Of a stretch of 64,000 nucleotides of DNA, positions 57,478-64,000 are shown piece after piece; position 1 is the first letter of the stretch; the number at the start of each line of letters is the position of its first letter. The DNA is from an uncultured Gammaproteobacteria bacterium (lineage in GTDB: Bacteria > Patescibacteriota > Microgenomatia > CAYFQP01), in assembly GCA_964345375.1 (NCBI GenBank), contig CAYFQP010000034.1, positions 65-64,064 of the forward strand. Direction: 5' to 3'. A program made the position numbers and the translations under genes. The notes under the pieces are model-generated. The model had not been told where the DNA came from, ran no database searches, and worked only from the letters and a program-made list of their open reading frames with translations.

Positions 57478-57490
57478 TAAATAAATTCTA

Positions 57491-57841
57491 TCAAGCTGGC
57501 TTAGCTTTGTCAACTATTTTTTGAAAGGTTTTTGGATCAGAGATGGCTAAATCAGCTAAAGTTTTTCGATCAAGCTCGATCTTGGCTTTTTTCAGGCCAG
57601 CAATAAATTGATTATAGGAAAGCTCAGAATCAGCCAGAGCTGCATTTATCCTGGTTATCCAGAGCTTTCTCATGTCTCTTTTTCTTAATTTCCGACCAGC
57701 AAAGGCATATTCGCCAGCATGCAAATCAGCCTCTTTAGAGACTTTGTAAAGCCTTCCTTTAGTCATCCGAAAGCCCTTGGTGCGTTTTAGCACCTTTTTA
57801 TGTCTTTTTTTTCTGGTTGGACCAGTTTTAACTCTTGTCAT
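57491..57841 (-). CDS. rplT: 50S ribosomal protein L20
   Basis: MTRVKTGPTRKKRHKKVLKRTKGF typical L20. Confidence 0.9.
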   Translation of the reverse strand: MTRVKTGPTRKKRHKKVLKRTKGFRMTKGRLYKVSKEADLHAGEYAFAGRKLRKRDMRKLWITRINAALADSELSYNQFIAGLKKAKIELDRKTLADLAISDPKTFQKIVDKAKPA

Positions 57842-58056
57842 TTGCCTAATAATTTCTTTATATTTTTCTTATATTTTCCCTTAAGCTCTTTAGGAATTTT
57901 ATGAGCTCTTTTAGTAGATTTCTTCTTTTTTGATTGAAGATGACGACTCCGAGAAGACCGATGGAGAACTTTACCAGTCTTGGTTATTTTAAACCTTTTG
58001 CTGGCTGACGTTCTTGTCTTTAGTTTTATCTTTTTTTTGTTTTTCTTCTTTTTCAT
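57838..58056 (-). CDS. rpmI: 50S ribosomal protein L35 (Lys-rich)
   Basis: KLKTRTSASKRFKITKTGKVLHR L35 core. Start uncertain: an internal Met is chosen, and the ORF track extends to 58080. Confidence 0.75.
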   Translation of the reverse strand: MKKKKNKKKIKLKTRTSASKRFKITKTGKVLHRSSRSRHLQSKKKKSTKRAHKIPKELKGKYKKNIKKLLGK

Positions 58057-58588
58057 TTTTTTCTCCTTGGCTGGCAACAAAGGTTAGAGTTAACCGTTTA
58101 CCCATCCACTTGGGATCATGTTCGGGCTTGGCTTCTTCGCTCAAACGGTTAATGAATTCCTTTAAGATTTTATATCCAAACTCCTTTTTGGTCAACTGAC
58201 GACCAAAGAATCTAACTTCGACTCTAACTTTATCGCCTTCCTTAACGAACTCTTTTGCTTTTTTGACCCTAATGTCAAGATCACCTTCGGCAATAAAAGG
58301 TGAAACCCGAATTGTCTTTAATTCTCCTCCCTTGGCCTTCTTTTTGTTTTTCTTAATCTTTTTTGCTTCCTGATAGCGAAATTTTTTAAAATCTACTATT
58401 TTAACAACCGGTGGCTTAGCCGCTGGGGCTACTTCAACTAAATCAAGGCCACTCTTTTTTGCCTTTTCGAGGGCTTGAGAGCGAGACAAAACACCGATTT
58501 GTTTTCCATCTTGACCGATAACTCTCAGTTTAGGAGACCTGATTTTTTCGTTAATCCGGTAGAACTTAAATTTTCTCTTCCGTGCCAC
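57989..58588 (-). CDS. infC: translation initiation factor IF-3 with Lys-rich C-terminal tail
   Basis: INEKIRSPKLRVIGQDGKQIGVL N-domain plus C-domain. The C-terminal KNEKEEKQKKDKTKDK tail overlaps the rpmI 5' end in another frame. Confidence 0.85.
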   Translation of the reverse strand: MARKRKFKFYRINEKIRSPKLRVIGQDGKQIGVLSRSQALEKAKKSGLDLVEVAPAAKPPVVKIVDFKKFRYQEAKKIKKNKKKAKGGELKTIRVSPFIAEGDLDIRVKKAKEFVKEGDKVRVEVRFFGRQLTKKEFGYKILKEFINRLSEEAKPEHDPKWMGKRLTLTFVASQGEKNEKEEKQKKDKTKDKNVSQQKV

Positions 58589-58610
58589 CTATGCTTAAAT
58601 AATAGCAAAA

Positions 58611-60347
58611 TTACTCTTTATTTTCAATTTCTTTCTTGATTTTATCAATAAACTTATTGAGCTTGATTTTACCCAAATCTCCCCTACTCCGTTCTCGAAC
58701 TGAAATATTCTTCTCTTTGACCTCTTTCTCACCAACGACAATCATATAAGGCACTTTTTGAAGCTCAGCATCCCGAATTTTGGCGGAGGTAGTTTCGTTC
58801 CGATCATCAAGCTCAACCCTTAGGCCTTCATCTTTAAGCTTTTGATAAACACTCTGAGCATAATCAAGCTGCTTGTCAGTAATGGGAATAACCACTACCT
58901 GAACTGGTGATAGCCAAGTTGGAAAAGCGCCAGCATAGTGCTCGACTAAAACTCCTAAAAAGCGCTCGACTGAGCCATAAACAACCCGGTGGATCATAAC
59001 TGGTTGTTCTCTTTTCCCTTCTGGAGTGATATATTTCAAATTAAAATTTTCAGGTTGGGCAAAGTCCAACTGAATGGTGGCGCATTGCCAGGTCCGGCCA
59101 ATAGCATCTTTGAGACGGAAATCAAGTTTAGGGCCATAAAAAGCACCTTCGCCCTCATTAATTAAATGGGGTATCTTTTTTTCTTTTAAGACTTGTTTCA
59201 TAATCTTTTCTGCCTTATCCCAGATCTTTTTTGAACCAATTGACTTTTCTGGCCGGGTCGAAAGTTCTAGACGATCCAGTTTAAGGCCAAAAGTAGCGTA
59301 AACCTCAAAACAAAGATCAATGATTTTTTTCAATTCATCTTTTACTTGACCTGAAGTGCAATAAATATGGGCATCATCTTGGGTAAATTCACGAGGACGA
59401 AGAATGCCATGAACTTCTCCAGAGCTTTCGTAACGGTGACAAACACCGTACTCCGCCATTTTTAAAGGAAATTCTTTATATGAACGCTGTTTTGACTTAT
59501 AGATCATCATCCCGCCATCGCAGTTCATTGGTTTAATGGCCATATTCCATTCTCGAGCATCAGGAGTAATGACTTTATACATTTTGTCGATGAAAAAGGT
59601 GGTGTGGCCACTCTGATCCCAGGTCTTCCGAGTTAAGATTTCAGGCGTCCGAACTTCCAGATAACCCTCTCGGTCATGGATCTTTTTCCAGTATTCATAT
59701 AACTCTCTATAAATAATTAAGCCTTTATGATGCCAAAAAATGTCGCCCGGTGCAGAAGGATGAAAAGAAAAGAGTTCTTGTTCCCTACCTATTTTTCGAT
59801 GATCTCTTTTCTTGGCTTCTTCAAGCATCTTGAGATGATTGTCGAGTTCTTTTTGAGTTGGAAAACAAATCCCGTAAATCCGAGTGAGCATCGGGTTTTT
59901 CTCATCTCCGCGCCAGTAGGCTCCAGCTAAAGAGAGAAGTTTGAAAGGACCGATTTTTGAGGTATCAGTGAGATGAGGGCCAGCACAGAGATCAAGAAAG
60001 TCTCCAGAACGGTAAAGACTGACTTTTTTTACTCCTTCTTTGACTAAATCATCAATCAATTCTAATTTATAGGGTTGATTCTTGAAAAGCTCTCGAGCTT
60101 TTTTAATCGAAACTTCTTCTTTCTTAAAAGCATCTTTAGCTTTGATTATTTTAGCCATCTCTTTGGAGATTTTATCTAAGTCTTTTTCAGAGATTTTCTT
60201 CTTACCAAAGTCAAAGTCATAATAGAAGCCGTCTTCAATCGCTGGACCAATACCCAGTTTAACTTGCGGATAAAGCTTTAAAACCGCTGCTGCCAAAACA
60301 TGGCTACAGCCATGTCTCATTTTCTCTAACTGATCTTTAGATGCCAT
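58611..60347 (-). CDS. thrS: threonyl-tRNA synthetase (lacks N-terminal TGS domain)
   Basis: Begins at the N2/editing domain (HGCSHVLAAAVLKLYPQVKLGIGPAIEDGFYYDFDF), followed by class II core and anticodon-binding domain; 578 aa. Confidence 0.9.
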   Translation of the reverse strand: MASKDQLEKMRHGCSHVLAAAVLKLYPQVKLGIGPAIEDGFYYDFDFGKKKISEKDLDKISKEMAKIIKAKDAFKKEEVSIKKARELFKNQPYKLELIDDLVKEGVKKVSLYRSGDFLDLCAGPHLTDTSKIGPFKLLSLAGAYWRGDEKNPMLTRIYGICFPTQKELDNHLKMLEEAKKRDHRKIGREQELFSFHPSAPGDIFWHHKGLIIYRELYEYWKKIHDREGYLEVRTPEILTRKTWDQSGHTTFFIDKMYKVITPDAREWNMAIKPMNCDGGMMIYKSKQRSYKEFPLKMAEYGVCHRYESSGEVHGILRPREFTQDDAHIYCTSGQVKDELKKIIDLCFEVYATFGLKLDRLELSTRPEKSIGSKKIWDKAEKIMKQVLKEKKIPHLINEGEGAFYGPKLDFRLKDAIGRTWQCATIQLDFAQPENFNLKYITPEGKREQPVMIHRVVYGSVERFLGVLVEHYAGAFPTWLSPVQVVVIPITDKQLDYAQSVYQKLKDEGLRVELDDRNETTSAKIRDAELQKVPYMIVVGEKEVKEKNISVRERSRGDLGKIKLNKFIDKIKKEIENKE

Positions 60348-60361
60348 TAGACTTATTATAC

Positions 60362-60390
60362 AAAAAAACCGCCTCTTTGTTTAGAGGCGG
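60362..60390 (-). terminator. intrinsic terminator after the small membrane protein / tRNA-Val transcription unit
   Basis: CCGCCUCU-AAACAA-AGAGGCGG hairpin followed by UUUUUUU on the minus strand. Confidence 0.55.
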
Positions 60391-60409
60391 AGGCAAAGCC
60401 AATTCCCTG

Positions 60410-60625
60410 CTATCTTGGAATTAGCTTTTTGGCCTCCAGGGCCGTGTTAGTTGCCTCAATAATATTAGCTAAAAACTGGCCAATAATTGGTAGACCGTCA
60501 ATCCAGTTGAGAACCAGAGTCAGAAAAGTTAAGAGAAGAGCAAAGCCAATCGTGGCACCAATCATCCAGCCTAAACCAGAGAGAAAACCCTTAACAAAAG
60601 AAAATCTAATGCTATTTTTATTCAT
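60410..60625 (-). CDS. small hypothetical membrane protein (71 aa)
   Basis: Two TM helices. Its start ATG shares its A with the 3' terminal A of the tRNA-Val CCA, and a terminator follows. Confidence 0.4.
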   Translation of the reverse strand: MNKNSIRFSFVKGFLSGLGWMIGATIGFALLLTFLTLVLNWIDGLPIIGQFLANIIEATNTALEAKKLIPR

Positions 60626-60701
60626 GGTGGGTAGTACAGGACTTGAACCTGTGACCTTCTCGATGTCAACGAGACGCTCTAGCCATCTGAGCTAACCACC
60701 C
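60625..60701 (-). tRNA. tRNA-Val (anticodon GAC), CCA encoded
   Basis: Reverse complement GGGTGGTTAGCTCAGATGGCTAGAGCGTCTCGTTGACATCGAGAAGGTCACAGGTTCAAGTCCTGTACTACCCACCA folds as a cloverleaf with anticodon loop UUGACAU. Confidence 0.85.
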
Positions 60702-60781
60702 AATATAAAATACAAGATAAGAATATTTTAACATGAAGAAAGGCTTTAGACAATTAAAATTAAATAAAATTGAAGAAGTAA

Positions 60782-61402
60782 TTAGCCGGCTTGAGTGGCC
60801 ATGTACCGTTCTTGAGAGAGCATGAATTTGGTGCCTGACTTTTTAACTTGGCGCCAATAGAAAGGCTGTCTTTTAGCTCTTTTATTAGTGGCTGCCAGCC
60901 ATTCAGAGGCATTGTTAACTTTTTTGCTCAAAGATTTGATGAAAGAAGCTAATTTCTCAAAAAAGGTTTCATGATAGACACCAGGGTTAACGGTTTGCTG
61001 GATAGCAGCTGTTTTGACTTCCCGGTCAAATTTCTCAATTGACTTGGCTAATTCAATTACCTCAGCTTGAAGAGCCTCAATTTTCTTTTTTTCTGTTTGT
61101 TTCCGGGCTGAAAAAACCTCAAATTCTTGACGTCGTAATTGTTCTTGTTGCCTTAATTTTCTCTCGTATTCTCTCCTGATTTCGGCTTCTCTGGAGACAA
61201 CGTCAACTGACTCATTAGGTTTGAGTTCGCCCTGGAATCTCTTTGGTCGGAAAAGCATGTCGGCTGCATCCTCAGGAACTTTTTGGATTAAGTCTCTTTT
61301 CATTGAAGAAACAGAAGACTGGCCAATATCCCGAAGAGCCTCCAAGACTGAGTCGTGGCGGACAACCTTTTTCTTTTTATTGTTTTTATCCATCAAAATC
61401 AT
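60782..61402 (-). CDS. hypothetical protein with central coiled coil
   Basis: 206 aa, charged, EIRREYERKLRQQEQLRRQEFE coiled-coil segment. Confidence 0.45.
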   Translation of the reverse strand: MILMDKNNKKKKVVRHDSVLEALRDIGQSSVSSMKRDLIQKVPEDAADMLFRPKRFQGELKPNESVDVVSREAEIRREYERKLRQQEQLRRQEFEVFSARKQTEKKKIEALQAEVIELAKSIEKFDREVKTAAIQQTVNPGVYHETFFEKLASFIKSLSKKVNNASEWLAATNKRAKRQPFYWRQVKKSGTKFMLSQERYMATQAG

Positions 61403-61482
61403 CTACCTGGACAGGTAGGTTTTTGGAATGATGAGCTTATAATAAGAAAATTTAGACCAAAAGTCAAGACCTTCAGGCCCTT

Positions 61483-62352
61483 TTAGAGTCTGGCTAGATT
61501 TTCCAGAGCTTTTCTCCGGGCAATGATCCCTCTCAGATATTCTTTTTGAAGAGGGTCAGAGAGTTGCTTGGTCAGCTTTTCATCACCACTCGCTTTGGCT
61601 AAATTCTCAATTTCCTGGTCAGTAACCTTAATTTCTTCCTTGTTGACAACCTCATTGAGGATTAAAAGAATCCTCAAGTCCTTCTCTACTCTGTCCTGAT
61701 ATTCCTGCCGAAGTTGATTAGGTGTTTTTCCGATTGATTGAGCGTATTGCTCAACCGTCATCCCTAGAGAATTAGTTTGATTAATTAAACTGGATAAGGA
61801 ACGGTTGAGTTCGTCTTCGACCAAGATTAAAGGTAAGTTGAATTGACCGATCTTAAGAAGGACCTCAATCACTCTTTGGATTTTCTCATCTAAACTGGCC
61901 TCTTTTTCTTTTTTTCCTTTCTCACCCTTGTCTTTATCTGGTGTCCAAAGTTTAGCCGGAGCAAGAGCTTTTCTGATCTCTTCTTTATAGTTTTTAAGCT
62001 CTATTTTAGGTGCCTCACAGGTTGTCGTTCTGACTTGCCAGTCTTCACCCTCTTTAGCTTTTAATAACTCAATCTTGGGAGTGATTACTGGTTTGATTTT
62101 ATGTTCTTTAATCGCCTCAAGATAGGCTTCAGGAACTAGTTTTTGAATTATTTTTTCGTAAAGCTTGGCTTTATCAATTTTCTCTTCAACAATCTTTTTA
62201 GGTGCCTTGCCCTTCCGAAAACCAGGAACCTTGGCTTCTTTAACTGCTTGAGTTAATTCCTCTTGATAGGCTTTTTTGACTCTGGATTGACCAATGGTAA
62301 TCGTCAACTGGATTGTTCCATCAGGTTGTTTAGCAATCGTTGATTTTGGCAT
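61483..62352 (-). CDS. tig: trigger factor-like chaperone (short; ribosome-binding N-domain present, PPIase domain apparently absent)
   Basis: PGFRKGKAPKKIVEEK matches the trigger factor GFRxGxxP ribosome-binding signature; 289 aa against the usual ~430. Confidence 0.55.
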   Translation of the reverse strand: MPKSTIAKQPDGTIQLTITIGQSRVKKAYQEELTQAVKEAKVPGFRKGKAPKKIVEEKIDKAKLYEKIIQKLVPEAYLEAIKEHKIKPVITPKIELLKAKEGEDWQVRTTTCEAPKIELKNYKEEIRKALAPAKLWTPDKDKGEKGKKEKEASLDEKIQRVIEVLLKIGQFNLPLILVEDELNRSLSSLINQTNSLGMTVEQYAQSIGKTPNQLRQEYQDRVEKDLRILLILNEVVNKEEIKVTDQEIENLAKASGDEKLTKQLSDPLQKEYLRGIIARRKALENLARL

Positions 62353-62510
62353 GGGGTGATTATACCATTTTGAAGGTGGCTAAGCCAGATTAAGTTCGTT
62401 TTTTAAAGAATCTTTTCTTTTTTTGAGGAGAAGGCTTTGGTCGAAAGAATCTTTTTTGTTTAAAGAAGTCACTGGTTCTAAAACCTAATTTTTTAAAATT
62501 CTTTTTAAAT

Positions 62511-63668
62511 CTAGACATTGCTGATATTAGAATTTTTGTAAAGTCGCTGAAAAGCCCTGATTTTCTCGTAATGGCCAATTTTAGCTTTCTGAATGGCTTG
62601 GCGAAGGAATTCGATTGATTGATCATAAGTCTTTCGGTCAACCGGGTAAGGGGTGCCGTCTTTGCCTCCGTGAGCAAAAGAATAGCGAGCCGGATCTTGG
62701 GTGGAAATTGGCGCTCCGTAAATTAGCTCAGAGATTAAGGACAAAGCCCGAATTGTTTTTGGCCCGACTCCTTTCATCCCTAAAAGTTTCTCAAAATCCT
62801 CTGGTTTTTGTTCATAAGTGCTCAGAAAGATTTTTCTAAGATTTTTAGGCTTGATGTCTGAAACAAGAAGCTGGTGTCTTTCAGGCAGTTTTGCTTCCTG
62901 AAGTTTTTTAATTAATTTGATTGTTTTTTCTGGTTTATTTTGAGAGACTTTAGCTGTAATCTGACGGTTATTTTTACTCACTGAAGCAACCAGGTTTAAG
63001 ACCTTTTTTTTGTTAATTTCTTCAGGGTTTTGGCTAGCAATTGCGCTCTGGGGTTCATTAACAAAGTCCTTAACATCATCAGAGAGCCAGTGATAGCGTC
63101 TGGCCCAATGAGAGGAGTCATTCATTCCTTGCTGAATAACTGCCCATTGACCATTTTTAGTAAAAAAGAAAGAGTGATGATAGAGCTGATAGCCGTCCTG
63201 GAGAGCATTATTATCGACCTTGGCTGATATTTTTGAGGCATAAACAAGGGGTTGATGATTCAGAGAAAAACGCTGACTGATTTCTTTAATTTGATAAGGA
63301 GTTTTTCGAGAAGTTCTGCCTTTACCACCACAGATAAAAAGACCAAGCTCTTTTTCAATTGGTTTTAATCCTTCTTTAAGAGCACCACAAGTGGTTGTCG
63401 TCAAACCTGATGAGTGCCAATCAAATCCAAGAACACAGCCCAAAGCCTGAAACCAATTAGGATTAGCGAGGCGTTTTAAATATTCCTCCTGGCCATTTTC
63501 AGTAATCAGGATAATCGAGATTTCCCGAGCCAGTTTGGTCATTTTTTCAAACAACCAACGAGGTGCAGAGCCATAATGAAGAGGTAAATGAGCAGTTCCA
63601 GTTTTCATTAGTTTCGGATTTTCTTTGGGTTTGATTTTCAGTATAATATGGTAAGCTAGAGTTGTCAA
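62511..63668 (-). CDS. DUF763 family protein
   Basis: N-terminal HLPLHYGSAPRWLFEKM motif characteristic of DUF763; 385 aa. Confidence 0.5.
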   Translation of the reverse strand: MTTLAYHIILKIKPKENPKLMKTGTAHLPLHYGSAPRWLFEKMTKLAREISIILITENGQEEYLKRLANPNWFQALGCVLGFDWHSSGLTTTTCGALKEGLKPIEKELGLFICGGKGRTSRKTPYQIKEISQRFSLNHQPLVYASKISAKVDNNALQDGYQLYHHSFFFTKNGQWAVIQQGMNDSSHWARRYHWLSDDVKDFVNEPQSAIASQNPEEINKKKVLNLVASVSKNNRQITAKVSQNKPEKTIKLIKKLQEAKLPERHQLLVSDIKPKNLRKIFLSTYEQKPEDFEKLLGMKGVGPKTIRALSLISELIYGAPISTQDPARYSFAHGGKDGTPYPVDRKTYDQSIEFLRQAIQKAKIGHYEKIRAFQRLYKNSNISNV

Positions 63669-63669
63669 G

Positions 63670-64000
63670 ATGAAACCAAGTTATTTAAAACTTTCAAAAA
63701 AAGAATTAAAAGAAAGAACTGAGAAAGCCTGGAAATTACTTAATCCCTGTCGAGTTTGCCCAAGAAAGTGTGGGACTAATCGTTTAAAAAATGAAAAAAC
63801 AGGTTTTTGTCAGATGGCTAAAAAACCAAAAATAAGCTCAGCCCACCCTCATTTTGGTGAAGAAGCACCTTTGGTTGGCACTCATGGTTCAGGAACAATC
63901 TTCTTTTCTTCTTGTAACTTAGCTTGTGTTTATTGTCAAAATTTTGAAATCAGCCAATTAAGATATGGCGAAGAGATTGAGATCAAAGACTTAGCTTCAA
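63670..64000 (+). CDS. radical SAM protein (AmmeMemoRadiSam/PflA-like), 5' partial at window end
   Basis: Translation MKPSYLKLSKKELKERTEKAWKLLNPCRVCPRKCGTNRLKNEKTGFCQ...GSGTIFFSSCNLACVYCQNFEIS with the CxxxCxxC cluster. Not in the ORF track because no stop lies within the window. Confidence 0.65.
   Translation, partial: MKPSYLKLSKKELKERTEKAWKLLNPCRVCPRKCGTNRLKNEKTGFCQMAKKPKISSAHPHFGEEAPLVGTHGSGTIFFSSCNLACVYCQNFEISQLRYGEEIEIKDLAS

Noticed and set aside
56296-60347. T-box riboswitch leaders upstream of pheS, thrS, tyrS or hisS
   Set aside because: Intergenic leaders are far too short (35-160 nt) and lack the T-box consensus (AATTAGGGTGGNACCGCG). The pheS leader is instead explained by the peptide-based attenuator.
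62390-62677. 95-aa Lys-rich ORF between trigger factor and DUF763
   Set aside because: Overlaps the 3' end of the DUF763 gene on the same strand in another frame; the composition is poly-K/F from AT-rich sequence.

Overview
This 64 kb window looks like a compact, gene-dense chromosomal segment from a small-genome bacterium, most plausibly a CPR/Patescibacteria-type lineage. Coding uses the standard code; TGA serves as a stop at 1995-1997 and ATGA overlaps are present. Proteins are short with Lys-rich tails, PT-rich linkers are frequent, and Shine-Dalgarno signals are weak. Housekeeping content is rpsF-ssb-rpsR (no rplI), CtpA and HtrA proteases, a domain-1-less RF1 abutting rpmE, hisS plus tRNA-His, dnaB, tRNA-Leu, efp, a Lgt-like protein, dksA, an rluA-family gene, yebC, a Xer-like recombinase, gyrB-ppa-gyrA, holB, an rpmF-nusB-ACP-like-rnc-rpsP-KH block, recG, tyrS, a class A PBP, thrS-infC-rpmI-rplT-pheS-pheT, tRNA-Val, trigger factor, DUF763 and a partial radical SAM gene. 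The largest accessory feature is a complete type IV pilus / T2SS-like locus at 31.8-45.8 kb: pilB-pilT-pilC-pilin-pilD, nine pilin-like genes, then pilM-pilN-pilO, with no secretin. Several of its minor pilins carry novel Cys-rich C-terminal modules and a perfectly duplicated 93-nt N-terminal coding segment. The most interesting regulatory observation is a 15-codon leader peptide (MRKPTNSHCLYFFFR) with three consecutive Phe codons inside alternative hairpins and an intrinsic terminator just upstream of pheS. This looks like a classic ribosome-mediated attenuator. Other notable items are an ACP homolog lacking the phosphopantetheine Ser in a collapsed rpmF-fab-acpP-rnc locus, a secreted Cys-rich protein with a truncated Hint (intein-like) N-terminal domain, and a 1.2 kb AT-rich non-coding region with a DnaA box and short repeats upstream of the recombinase. 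No CRISPR array, rRNA, transposase or obvious prophage was seen.
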